A stretch of DNA of 63,258 nucleotides, filler included, from Octopus bimaculoides (Eukaryota), in the NCBI RefSeq assembly GCF_001194135.2. It is 9 parts of 9 records of this genome, joined end to end, with 100 filler letters (N's around TTAATTAATTAA, not from the genome) between each part and the next. Parts side by side here need not be neighbours in the genome. Positions count along the whole stretch, not along the records: positions 8,449 to 16,933 come from NC_068995.1; positions 17,034 to 19,295 come from NC_068986.1; positions 19,396 to 26,727 come from NC_068983.1; 6 more parts are not named here. One strand, 5' to 3'. A program made the translations under genes and the position numbers. Below, one piece after another: positions 12,608 through 24,950 of the stretch. Positions within the stretch are counted from its first letter, which is position 1; each line of letters opens with the position of its first letter. The notes under the pieces were generated by a model. The model made no database searches, had not been told where the DNA came from, and worked only from the letters and a program-made list of their open reading frames with translations.

Positions 12608-14233
12608 ATTATACACGCATACATACACATACACGTGCATGCATATATGCCACGCATATGCGTCTGTATATTACAGGAAGTGTTAGAAGCACTTGATAAG
12701 CAAAGAATATGCAATAACAAATATTTAATGAAGTGCGAAACGTTCTCGTATACAATATTAGAATCAGAATAATTTTTTGACTTATCAGTTTGTACAGAAT
12801 CTATAACTTGACGGATAATAAGACGATTCAGAAATGATATTCGACCTTTCCATTGAAAATTGCGCAACCAATTCGGAGTCCGCATTGATTATTAATTGTT
12901 GTCCGAAATTCTATCAAGTGTGTGTAACATCTAGTTAATTGGAGAAAATATTTAGTAAACATTCATCTGGACGCACAAACAATTGCTACAAGTAAATTGG
13001 GTCAAACACTATGCGAGTTTTGTTTTTCTGTTGTCATCTTGCTTTTTAAAATTTTTATTGTTTAGCCCCTGAGTGAGCCCAGATTGAGTAATCTTGTAAC
13101 TATAGTTTCTAGATATCATTTACCCCAGGTTATATTCTCTAACGTGTTCTCTTTTTAAGATGGTAGGGTATTAGCTGGGAGGTTTGGTAACTATTTCTTA
13201 CAAGTCGAGTACGCTGAGCGTACTGGCTTCCTCGTTGGTTCGATGTTAACCTGGTGTCAAATCATGACCGGGCAGTTATTAATGAAAGACGTTTCAGCCG
13301 TGATTATTTCGTTTTTATCCCCCCCCCCCCCTTATTCCCAGACAGTTTATCTGTGCGCAAGTATGGCAGAATTAAGTTCTCAATCATGAGATCCCGATTT
13401 CGATCTCACAGCGTGGTGTTTTGGGCAAATATCTTCTAAAATAGCCTCAAGTCAGTCCATGCCATGTAAGTGAAGTTGTATTGACAGAAATTGTGCAATG
13501 CCAATCGGATGGACTATAACTGTAATTCAAAGGTACAGCTTTGGCAAACACTTTATCACTCTTATCCTTCTTAAGAATTGCATGAAGGAAACTTAATCAC
13601 CAATTTACTCTGTACTCCAACGAGTAGTCAGGTCAATTGATCGAACAACTGGAATAGTTATCACGAAACTGACAGAGATTCAATTAGTTCGTAGCGTGTC
13701 TGGAACTGAGAGTAAGTAGATAGTAACTTGTAATGAATTTGGTTATTATTTCTTCTACATCTATCGTTGATTTGTAAGGTGTTGTTTCATCTGCCGTTGA
13801 CCTTGACTCAGTACACTTTTGAACAAGATTGCCGCATTTTTAATCACCTAGTCTTTTGTCTTACAAATAATGTCAATCTAAAGCAGCATTTCCCAGGGTC
13901 AGAGAGAAACGAAGATTTCAACATCTTTAGGGAAAAAAAGAAAAGAAACAGAAATCGTTTCAGTTTACAAACTTAGACGAATGTTATCTTAATCATTATC
14001 ACTGTCGTCGTCCTTATCATCAACGCCACTGACATCAGCAGCAGCAGCAGCAATGTCATGAACACCATCATTATAATTATCATCATCATCATTACCATAG
14101 TCGTCATTATTATGATCATCACCATCAACTTTTTATCATCCCATTTCTCTCCATATTATCATCTTTATGATTTTCATCAAAATCATCCTCAGCATCATGA
14201 TAGTCACCACCACCACCATCGTTGTCGTCGTTG

Positions 14234-14264
<31 letters not shown>

Positions 14265-14436
14265 AATTTTTATCGCCGCCGTCGTCATCCTCATCATAGA
14301 TATGGCTGAATCCTTTTATAGTTCGTTATTGAAAGTCACATTACTGACTTCACCAACATATAGCCACAGCTATATTGCTGCGTACGGATTATTTTAATCT
14401 CTATTCTTTCTCCAGAAACATCGTATAAGCATATTC

Positions 14437-14648
14437 TTTTCTACTCTAGGCACAAAGCCCGAAACTTTTGGAGAGGGGGCCAGTCAAATAGATTGACCCC
14501 AGTATGCAACTGGTACTTAATTTATCAAACCCTAAAGAATGAAAGGCAAAGTGGACCCCGGCGGAATTTGAACTCAGAACGTAAAGACAGACGAAATACC
14601 GATAAGCATTTCGCCCGGCGTGCTAACGATTCTGCCAGCTCGCCGCCT
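14437..14648 (-). mobile_element. Near full-length tRNA-derived SINE (family A, MetaSINE-like)
   Basis: Head ggcggcgagctggcagaatcgttagc with a B-box-like gagttcaaattcc, body gcctttcattcttt..ataaattaagtaccagt. Other copies at about 4055-4255(-), 4440-4590(-), 8215-8348(-), 21560-21720(-), 26130-26310(+), 34480-34600(-), 39900-40100(-), 53690-53860(+), 57285-57400(+). Confidence 0.85.
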
Positions 14649-14824
14649 TTTCTTTAAGTATATTAAATAATTACTTGATTCTTTTGTGTCTTTTAAATGT
14701 ATCCAACACGGAACTGTGTTGAAGAAAAGTTATTAGTAGTATATCTTATTAGTAGTATATCTTAGTGTTTTCTACTGTAGCCCCAGTTCGACCAATGCTT
14801 TATGAGTGAATTTGGTAAACGGAA

Positions 14825-14855
<31 letters not shown>

Positions 14856-15018
14856 CTGTGCGCGCGCGTAATCCTGGCTATCAATAAACTACATTCGGTA
14901 GTGGTGGCCCTAGTTTGGGAGTTACAGATTTTTGGGGAGAGTTGAACCACTTCTTAGCCATTATTGTTCCCAGACCTACTCGGATCCTGAATAGTAGCGC
15001 CTATCTGCTATAGGTTAC

Positions 15019-15079
15019 TTGGCTTGTGGTGGAAGGAACTTCAAGAACAAAACGATCCCACTACGATCCCACTTTAAAA
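15019..15079 (-). CDS. Candidate upstream exon of FAS1 gene
   Basis: Strong acceptor gcttttcttctttgcactttgcag, donor AA|gtaacc. The only open frame (phase 1 to 2) reads LKWDRSGIVLFLKFLPPQA and is phase-compatible with exon 7912-8074. No independent support. Confidence 0.3.
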
Positions 15080-15813
15080 CTGCAAAGTGCAAAGAAGAAA
15101 AGCATTCCAGCATCTAAGATTGGTTTATGTAGCCACTTGACGGTGTGCCGCTCTTATAATCTTCGAGCACGAAGGAACTATCATCATCACAAAGACATAT
15201 ATCACATGTGTAGATGTTGCGTTTGTGCTTGTCCCTAGCAGCGCTTGACAGCAGTTTTGGTTAAACACATGTTCTTATATCTTCGATTGTTCAACATACC
15301 ATTATTTCTGTTTGTTTGTTTCAGACATTGACCGAAACCCCAATAAATTGGTCGTGAAGTAATAAAGGGTAGCGTATTTGACGAGAACATTGCGTTACGC
15401 ATTTTTCTTTGTATTTAGTGCATGTTATTGTATACATATTTATGTATTCTGTATATCTTTTTATTCTTCTATTCGTTTCAGTTTTTTGAATGCGGCCATG
15501 CTGGAGCACTGCTTTGAATGGTTTTAGTCGAACAAATCAACCCCAGGACTTATCATTCGGTCTCATTTACCAAGCCGCTGATTTACGAGGACGTAACCAC
15601 ACTAACACGGGTTGTCAAGCGGTGATGGGGGTGACAAACTCAGGCATAAACGCGCGCACACACACACACATATACACGACGGGCTTCTTTCAGTTTCCGA
15701 CTACCAAATCCACTCACAAGGCTTTGGTTGGCCTGATGCTATAGTAGAAGACACTTGCCCAAGGTGCCACTCAGAAGGACTGAACCCGGAACCATATGGT
15801 TCAGGGCTCTGCG

Positions 15814-15853
<40 letters not shown>

Positions 15854-16178
15854 NNNNNNNNNNNNNNNNNNNNNNNNNNNNNNNNNNNNNNNNNNNNNNN
15901 NNNNNNNNNNNNNNNNNNNNNNNNNNNNNNNNNNNNNNNNNNNNNNNNNNNNNNNNNNNNNNNNNNNNNNNNNNNNNNNNNNNNNNNNNNNNNNNNNNNN
16001 NNNNNNNNNNNNNNNNNNNNNNNNNNNNNNNNNNNNNNNNNNNNNNNNNNNNNNNNNNNNNNNNNNNNNNNNNNNNNNNNNNNNNNNNNNNNNNNNNNNN
16101 NNNNNNNNNNNNNNNNNNNNNNNNNNNNNNNNNNNNNNNNNNNNNNNNNNNNNNNNNNNNNNNNNNNNNNNNNNNNNN

Positions 16179-16210
<32 letters not shown>

Positions 16211-17059
16211 ATGTGTGCTTTGTACACACACACATACATATACGTGTGTATGTATTAACGTATTATATAAATTTGTGAGTGCTTATGAATGCTCCTTTTA
16301 ACAAAAAAGCATACGCTTGTCTACATGTATCAGCACATACACACACACACACACACACATACATACGTACACGTACGTTTGTATGGATGGATGCATGCAT
16401 GCATACATGCAAACGTCAGTTTTTCACACAGTTTCCCTCGAGCATAAAAAGATATTATATCTGAGAAAAACGAAAAATTTACTTACCACATTCTGTCCAG
16501 CATGGAAATAAAAGAAACACAAGTTCTCAAAAAATTATGGCAATAGAAAAACAGATTTAAGAAGTTGAAAAAGCTATACTCATACAATATTTATATTATA
16601 ATGTAACGTATTATAATGTGTGTGCATATCTGCTTTAGCACTGTGCTTAGAATCAGCACCTCATTCATAGTTTTGTTGTATATATATATATACCCTCACA
16701 CAAATAAATATTGGGTATGTATATATAAATATACACAGATATATTTATGTACAAACATATACATATGTATATATATGCATATAGATATATACATACTATA
16801 CACATAACTATATACAGACAAATGCATGTATGTGGGTGCGGGGGGGGGGGTACATATTTCGTGTTACGCTAAGAAGCAGTGCAGGTTCAGAAATTTTGGG
16901 CGAGGGGGCCAGTCGATTAGATCAAACCCAATANNNNNNNNNNNNNNNNNNNNNNNNNNNNNNNNNNNNNNNNNNNNTTAATTAATTAANNNNNNNNNNN
17001 NNNNNNNNNNNNNNNNNNNNNNNNNNNNNNNNNCACATTTCATACTGAATTTTTGTTGT

Positions 17060-17211
17060 TGTTATTAGTAGTGGTGGTGATGATGGTGGTGGTGGTGGTG
17101 GTGGTGGTGGTGGTGATAGTGGTTGTGAATATGTAGCATTATATAGTAACTGTTGTGACAAACAGCGACAGCCACAACAACAGCAACAGCAGCAGCAGCA
17201 CTAGCAGTAAC

Positions 17212-17281
<70 letters not shown>

Positions 17282-17616
17282 TGGACCGTTCGTCAATACC
17301 TTCGATGATGCATCTCTATGTAGACATTTGTGTTATTTGTTTTATTTTGTTATATTTTCCGTTTGCTTTCTTTTCCTTCTGTTAATGTTTTCGTTTGTTT
17401 AGTTCTTTATTCTTTTCTTCTTCTTCTTTGTTGTTTATTTCCGTTACTATGAAGAATGACTTTTCATTGGTTAATTGATATCGTTATTTTTTCGTCTTAC
17501 ACTGTCTTCTTGTCAGTTCAAGAATGTTGTTACAATCTAAAAATAAGAACTGGAACGAAAAGGAAATTTCGACACACTATCGACCATTTTTTACGATGGT
17601 ATTGTTGTTGTTGCTG

Positions 17617-17648
<32 letters not shown>

Positions 17649-18800
17649 GTTGGTGGTTCTGGTGGTGGTTCTGGTGGCGGTGGTGGTNNNNNNNNNNNNN
17701 NNNNNNNNNNNNNNNNNNNNNNNNNNNNNNNNNNNNNNNNNNNNNNNNNNNNNNNNNNNNNNNNNNNNNNNNNNNNNNNNNNNNNNNNNNNNNNNNNNNN
17801 NNNNNNNNNNNNNNNNNNNNNNNNNNNNNNNNNNNNNNNNNNNNNNNNNNNNNNNNNNNNNNNNNNNNNNNNNNNNNNNNNNNNNNNNNNNNNNNNNNNN
17901 NNNNNNNNNNNNNNNNNNNNNNNNNNNNNNNNNNNNNNNNNNNNNNNNNNNNNNNNNNNNNNNNNNNNNNNNNNNNNNNNNNNNNNNNNNNNNNNNNNNN
18001 NNNNNNNNNNNNNNNNNNNNNNNNNNNNNNNNNNNNNNNNNNNNNNNNNNNNNNNNNNNNNNNNNNNNNNNNNNNNNNNNNNNNNNNNNNNNNNNNNNNN
18101 NNNNNNNNNNNNNNNGTGGTGGTGGTGGTGGTGGTTCTGATGGTGGTTGTGATTCTGGTGGTGGTGGTGGTGGTTCTGATGGTGGTTGTGATTCTGGTGG
18201 TGGTGGTGGTGGTTCTGGTGGTGGTTGTGGTTCTGGTGGTGGTGGTATTGTGGTGGTAATGATGCTATTTCCATCGTTTTTGTCGTTGTTTTCATGCTTG
18301 TTGTTGGTCGTAGTGTTGGTGGCAGTGGTGGTAGTGGTGATGATAGTGTTACTGTCGTCGTTATTGTGATGGTGGTGGTGGTGGTGGTGGTGGTAGTAGT
18401 TGTCGTTGATATCGTGCTATTGTTGTTGTTGCGCTATTGTTCTTGTTGATATCACCGTTGTTGCTATTGATGCCATTCCTGGAGTTACCAAACTTGTGGT
18501 CGTTGTTGTCATTGTTTTGCCGATGCTGTTACTGTTGTTGCTGTTGTTGTTGTTGTTGTTGTTCTTGTTCTTGTTCTTGTTCTTGTTGCCATCATGACAG
18601 TCGGTCCCGTTATTTTTGACGTTAGTCTTCTTCTTCTTCTTCTTCTTGCTACCATTGTTATTGTCATTGTTTGTTTGTTTTTTTTTTGTCCTCGTTGTTA
18701 CTTTTGTAGTTGCTGTCGTCGATGGCCTTTGAGGTTGCTTGTTTCGCTTTTTATCGCTCTTCTTCTTCTGGCTGCTGTTGTGACAGTTTCGCTGCAAGTC
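17060..18800. repeat. Cluster of trinucleotide microsatellites (GGT, AGT, GTT, AGC, CTT)
   Basis: Direct inspection. Other simple repeats: (CAT)n at about 14000-14290, (ATCC)n at 57050-57150, and many (TA)n/(TG)n/(GA)n tracts. Confidence 0.95.
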
Positions 18801-18889
18801 AACTTCTGATTGAACGGTTCTGTAAACAAGAGTGGTCCAGCCGTGACTATAGCATCTTTGTTTTTGTTTACAACATCTAGAGAGAACAG

Positions 18890-19080
18890 CTATACATATT
18901 CACAGGCATGACATTGTGGTTAAAAGGCTCGTTTTCCAACCATGTGGCTACGGGTTCAGTTCCACTGTGCAGTACTTTGAGCACGTGTCTTCTACTATAG
19001 CCTCAGGCCGACGAATGCCTTGCGAGTGAATTTAGTTGACGAAAACAGTATGGAAGCCTGTCGTGCATGCGTGCGGGGGT
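18890..19080 (+). mobile_element. tRNA-derived SINE family B (CORE-like ttgggcaagtgtcttctactatagcc body)
   Basis: Recurs at about 3835-3930, 7200-7330, 13320-13520, 15670-15810(-), 29950-30120(-), 43880-44000. Confidence 0.75.
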
Positions 19081-19395
19081 GTATGTGTTTGTATCATTGG
19101 GCTGCAGCTTTTCGGTGGGGGGGGGGCCTTGACGAGTTCATTTGAATAGACTGACCCCAGTTCTTATTTTTCCTTAAGCCTGCAACTAATTCTATCGGTC
19201 TATTTTGCCGAACTACTGGGTTACGAAGCCGTAGATCCAACCAACACCGGTTCTCACACAGTGGAGAATAAAAACAAATATAAAGATACACCACGNNNNN
19301 NNNNNNNNNNNNNNNNNNNNNNNNNNNNNNNNNNNNNNNTTAATTAATTAANNNNNNNNNNNNNNNNNNNNNNNNNNNNNNNNNNNNNNNNNNNN

Positions 19396-19445
<50 letters not shown>

Positions 19446-19467
19446 CTGTCCCCCCAACATCGCTTGA

Positions 19468-20188
19468 CAGAAATACGTTTTCGAGAGAGTGTGGATTACA
19501 TTAAATTGAAAATTCAAAGTTTGAAATGAATAAGTGAAAATGCAGAGGCTGTATAAGTTAGTGATATCGAAGTCAGTGGAGAAATAACGAATGATAGTTA
19601 TTCTAAAAAACATATACACGTTAGTTTGTATATGTGTACGAAACAAGTAAAAGTATATTAAAACAAAAATATCTTTTTCATACCTTTTAAAATCACTGGA
19701 TATAATATATATAATAATCCCGAATATAGATTTTTTTCCTTTGCAATCTTTGGCGCTTTAATCTGTTTCATTTTTGTGTGGGGAGAGAAAGAAAGAGAGA
19801 GTGATTGGGTGACGAAGTTTACCTAAACATTGAATGAATAACAATCTATCATAATTATATACATCATTATCATCATCGTTTATCGTCTGCTTTCCATGCT
19901 GGCATGGATTGGACGTTTTGACTGAGGACTGGCGAAGGGGCCAGTCAGATGGCACTGGCATCGATCACGCTTAAACGGTACTTTTTACGTGCTGTCGGCA
20001 CTGGCATCGGCCGCGCCAGTGCCGGCCGCGCCAGTGCCGGCGGCGCGTAAAAATATTATCATTCGTTATCTCACCACTGACTTTGGTACCACTAACTTCT
20101 ATAACCTCTACATTTTCACTTATTCATTTCAAACTTCTTTGAATTTTCAATCTAATATAATCCATACTCTTTCGAAAACGTATTTCTG
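19468..20188. repeat. Inverted repeat pair (~135-bp arms, 19468-19602 and 20052-20188)
   Basis: The arms give near-identical translations on opposite strands in the ORF track (IIRYFSTDFDITNLYSL.. vs IIRYLTTDFGTTNFYNL..). Confidence 0.9.
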
Positions 20189-20289
20189 CAAAATGTTATC
20201 TAAAATTACGGGTAAAGAAAGAAATAGCACAAAATATTTGAAAATGGGGGGTGGGGAATTGCCGAGGGTTCCACCCCGCCCCGTTTTCC

Positions 20290-21495
20290 GGACCCGAAAA
20301 AGGGTTTTGTAGCATATTAGGTCACCGGAATTCAGTCAACGAAAAAAAAAGAATTTCTAATGATTCTGGGATAGGAGGGGAGGGGGTCCGGTTTTCCCCC
20401 ACCCCTTTTTGCGAACAAAAATAAGGGGTTTGCTGCATATTAGGTCAGGGTACTTGATTCCATGCAAAAAATCCGAGTTTTTTTGTTTTTTTTCTTAATG
20501 ANNNNNNNNNNNNNNNNNNNNNNNNNNNNNNNNNNNNNNNNNNNNNNNNNNNNNNNNNNNNNNNNNNNNNNNNNNNNNNNNNNNNNNNNNNNNNNNNNNN
20601 NNNNNNNNNNNNNNNNNNNNNNNNNNNNNNNNNNNNNNNNNNNNNNNNNNNNNNNNNNNNNNNNNNNNNNNNNNNNNNNNNNNNNNNNNNNNNNNNNNNN
20701 NNNNNNNNNNNNNNNNNNNNNNNNNNNNNNNNNNNNNNNNNNNNNNNNNNNNNNNNNNNNNNNNNNNNNNNNNNNNNNNNNNNNNNNNNNNNNNNNNNNN
20801 NNNNNNNNNNNNNNNNNNNNNNNNNNNNNNNNNNNNNNNNNNNNNNNNNNNNNNNNNNNNNNNNNNNNNNNNNNNNNNNNNNNNNNNNNNNNNNNNNNNN
20901 NNNNNNNNNNNNNNNNNNNNNNNNNNNNNNNNNNNNNNNNNNNNNNNNNNNNNNNNNNNNNNNNNNNNNNNNNNNNNNNNNNNNNNNNNNNNNNNNNNNN
21001 NNNNNNNNNNNNNNNNNNNNNNNNNNNNNNNNNNNNNNNNNNNNNNNNNNNNNNNNNNNNNNNNNNNNNNNNNNNNNNNNNNNNNNNNNNNNNNNNNNNN
21101 NNNNNNNNNNNNNNNNNNNNNNNNNNNNTACAGAAATACGACAACTTTCACATGGAATAACTTATGGATTTCTTTTTTTTTTTAAGAAGACTAAGAGAAA
21201 AAGATGTTTTATATGACACATTCTACCAGTGTTCCAAGTTTCAAAGTGTTTCGTTAATGAAAAATGTGGCCCCCGTTTTAAAAAAGATCCGGGTTTTGTA
21301 ACATATTAGGAGGTCACCGGAATTCATTCAACAAAAAAAAAATTCCAATGATTCCAGGATATGCGGTGGGGTGGGGAAACCGGTCCCCACTCCCATTTTT
21401 TCCGAGCTAAAATAAGGAGTTTGCAGCATATAAGGAAGTCAGGTTACTTGATTCCACGCAAAAAATTGGAGTTTTTTTTTGTTTTTTACTCAGTG
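20290..21495. repeat. Direct repeat pair (~200 bp) at about 20290-20500 and 21290-21495, flanking a gap
   Basis: Both contain catattaggtcaccggaattca.tcaac.aaaaaaaa...aaaataagg.gtttgc.gcatat...tacttgattcca.gcaaaaaat..gagtttttt. Confidence 0.75.
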
Positions 21496-22630
21496 AAAAT
21501 CGTGCGGGTGAAAGAATCAAATAATACCGCATATTTGTGTTGGTATGCCAGCCTATCTAGAACAATGAATGATTAAGTGTTACTTTGTTTATTTTGACAG
21601 TACTTTATTTAATCGTCCCAGGGAAGGGTGAAAATTAAAATCAATTTTGGTGTGTCTTGAACTCAGAAAATCAAAGAAACGAAACTTATTGTTGGAAAAC
21701 ATTTATTTCGATGTTCCAGTCCAATGCTAAACATTATACATTTGTAAAAATACCAATTTTGATGTTTTGAAAGAATATATCTCGTGACGAGGAATCGAAT
21801 CATGCTTCTATTATTTACCAGGCGAGAAACCAGACGGTTTAGCTCCATGTCCAACCCTCATCAACTAGATCTATAATCAAACGCATTCCAACCGTAACCA
21901 TCACATCTTTTTCCTATTCTGCACATAGCACCACATTTTCGAATCTATCGTTCGTTTTCGAAAGCGGTTACCGTTTTAGATGTTGAGGGAGATTTACTTG
22001 CTATTTCTAGCAGTTTGGGGCAACAGCGAAGAGGCTCCCTCGCTGACTAGCCTAGTGAAGTCTTGTTAACCATCAAGTAGTCACCTCATTTTGAGATAAA
22101 ATGTGACACGAGTCTTGTCTGTGCTTTTCCTCGCCTTTTTAATGTCATTTCAAGTTGTTTACAATTGGTACAGTACTTAATAGTGTTTATCCGTCACTAC
22201 AGACATACACAAACTTAGAAGGCCAATATAAATATATACACTCGAAAAATGTATGTTTATTTATGTTTACGAGTTAGATATGAAGAAGAAAGCAACAAAT
22301 ATAATAGCATTTCATTAAATGATTGTGACAATATCCAATGATGCCATAAAACTTTATGGCCTAGTCAGGCAGCGAAAGACATACCTCGAGTTTTTAATTT
22401 AAGTTTTATGTATTTTTTTTTTTTTACTTGTTTTAACACATAAACCAGTTAGAAATAAAATAGTAGCCGACTGAGTAAACATGACGCAGTTTCATTTCAC
22501 CGTCTTCACAATCAGTGATATCTTGTCAGCAGATCTAGATTACGACTTTCCCTTGTCAACTTCTTTGGAGTCGACATGAGTCAGCAGGAATCAATGAATT
22601 CATATAGAGCCTATCTGCGATCACCTCTAT

Positions 22631-22950
22631 AGCTGAAATGAGCTCGCCGTGAACCTACTTTCACAGCTGAAATGAGTTCACCAGGAGCCTCTTTCTTTAG
22701 TTGAAATGAACTCACCGCGAGGCTAACCTATAGCTGCAATGAGATAACCGTGCGTTTCTTTCCGTGGTTGAAATGAGCTTGTTGTGAAGTTAACCTCTAT
22801 AGCTACAATGAGATCACTATGAAGCTACCTCTACAGCTGAATTGAACTCACCAAGAGCGTACCTCTAACTGAAATGAGTTCAAGAGCATGTGTCAACAGT
22901 AGAAATGATTTCTCGTATCACCAACTTCAGTAAAAATGACCTTTTCCTTA
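22631..22950. repeat. Degenerate ~34-bp tandem array (~10 units)
   Basis: ag(c/t)tgaaatgag motif at 22631, 22665, 22699, 22732, 22766, 22801, 22835, 22867, 22898, 22929. Confidence 0.85.
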
Positions 22951-23910
22951 GCCGCAGCTCATCGCCGTTAGAACTGATCTTCCCTACAGTTTTACTTCAA
23001 TAGTGGAACTTAGCTTACCACCATACTATATCTCTTCAAAAGAAACGAATAAGCTCCACTGCAGTAAAAATTATTATTAAAGATCAATAGGAACCGATCT
23101 TTCTCTTTCATGAGATATTTCTCGTAATGCTCGCACAAAGAATTATTTTGAAAAAAAATTAAGTTATATTATGAGGAATTTTTTTCTATGAAAGTGTCTT
23201 TCAAAATTTTAATAACCACCGAAATTTTTTAACAGCACGAACCGTAAAAGTTACAAGAATACTTGTAAGAAGTGTAGGAAAATATTTGACTGAATAACTG
23301 CCGGTATATTATTAAATGCAGCCTGGAACCAAGTTCTTCGATTCATAGATCTTTGAATGGAGAACTGGTCAGACACTTATTTGAATCGTCAATCGTCTAT
23401 TACAAATATTTATTTCGTTAATTTTTTCCCCTCCAATTCCTTACTTCACAAAGTTAGTTAAATGAATAAAAAAAAATATCTCGCGCGTAGTTTATAGAAT
23501 TGGCTATTTAACTTGGCGCACTGCAGGAACTAATTCAAAACTTCAATACTATTTGATTTTGTCCCTGTCAATCTATCAACGACCTCTACCTGTAAAAGTT
23601 ACCGTTTTTTTTTTTAAGTTCTTTAGATAATTCTTTCACAGAAGAAAACAACCGCCCAATTCTTTGTCGGTTTCTTTCTCTATGAGGTAAATATAAGTGA
23701 TAGCTATTCCGAAAGTCCGCTGCTAAGAGATTACACTCGCCGCTTGAGACGAGAGTAAACGGAAAAGATTTACTAATGGAGTAGCGCAATTTGTCAACGA
23801 AAATAATTTTAATTTCTAAATCCAGAATTTAGGAAAGCCAGATAGCTTATTTTATCAGTATTCATATATATAAAGTCTATTCCATGTTCTTTTATTCTTC
23901 TACTAAATAA

Positions 23911-24101
23911 ATACCGTGTTTGATAGCATAAAAACCGAATTGGTATATTAGACGCATCCAAATTTCGGCAGCGCATATCCAGAAGTTTTTGATGCAGGAA
24001 AGCATGTAACAGAGGCCCCCAACTTCGAATTTAGCTCGCGGGTGATTTTTTAAAGATACTTTAGCATCTAAAATAGCATATAAAATACCATCATATACGG
24101 T
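23911..24101. mobile_element. pogo-like MITE relic; related internal piece at about 42015-42190
   Basis: Starts taccgt, ends atacggt; shares gtatattagacgca.cc.aatttc.gcag..catat and ggtgatttttt with the 42 kb copy. Confidence 0.4.
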
Positions 24102-24739
24102 GCTTAATTCCTATGATGACAATTTTGATCGAAGATCAAAATGTTAATCCAAAATCAAAATGTTGATCCAAGATCAAAATGCCACATTTTAGAAGAGCTA
24201 TCTCTGCCCAACCTGAGCAATTTTGGAGAACCAAGTTAGCAGTAATGAACTGACCGAAAGGTAGTTAGTTGTAGGGTACCCTGACTCTATCAAGGAGGAC
24301 ACTTCCCATCTCTATGAGTTGGTTGCACAAACTTTTTTTAAAAACGTTTTTGTATTTCCCACACTTTTTTCTAACTTTGTGTAACATATGTATAGATCCT
24401 AGAACCCAATAAAGGTTTTTTTTTTAAAATCAATTTCCGCTGAGGAGGTTGAAAATTACAAATTGGAGTGGTAGCTGGAAATTTCATCTATTAAAATTCT
24501 TCCTAAAAATCTGTGGCCATTTTCCAGCAATGCTTTTGCTCCTCGTGTTTCCTTTGAAGGGAGGATAAAACCAAGATTCGAATCACGTACTGAAGACGAC
24601 ATAATCGACTGGTTCCTTCTCTTAAATTTGACACCAAATGGTCTGTGCAAAAATGTATGCACTTTATTAGGTCTGATTCGGCTTCACTATTAAGACTCTT
24701 CTCTCTTTCTCGCTTTCCAAGCATTTTCTGCGCCCACTA

Positions 24740-24950
24740 TACTTGGGATTACCCCCATCACCAGCAGGAATATTGGGAGGATGGTAATCTTCAAGCACCT
24801 CCTCTCTAGGATCCTATCGGAAGCAACTGTCATTACGCTTTCCGACGGGATTCCGTAGCGTGACCAACTGAGACTACGGATATCATCTAACCATCTCATT
24901 CATGGTCCACATGGATTGAAGAATCTGCCTGGCTATTCTCTCCTGTAGCA
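24740..24950 (-). mobile_element. LINE (RTE-like) 3' end relic
   Basis: RIARQILQS...MRWLDDIRSLSWSRYGIPSESVMTVASDRIL, typical of the RW-D-I...A-DR C-terminus of RTE-type ORF2. Confidence 0.55.

Noticed and set aside
12442-12885. 147-aa minus-strand ORF (MRTPNWLRNFQWKGR...)
   Set aside because: Half is microsatellite; the rest has no recognisable motif or splice sites.
17456-18809. Poly-His/Gly/Val/Asn ORFs, including a GGGGGSDGGCDS repeat
   Set aside because: Trinucleotide microsatellites open in several frames on both strands, with no splice or start context. Cannot be supported as a glycine-rich protein.
22631-22950. CRISPR-like repeat-spacer appearance
   Set aside because: Eukaryotic context, no cas genes, a conserved part of only ~14 nt, and variable parts that still resemble each other (..acctctat): a diverged tandem repeat.
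23021-23060. Small minus-strand exon-like segment (tttttactgcag|...GTG|gtaagc; GAYSFLLKRYSMV)
   Set aside because: Phase with the gtaagc donor does not fit the neighbouring candidate exons and there is no motif support; left unassigned.
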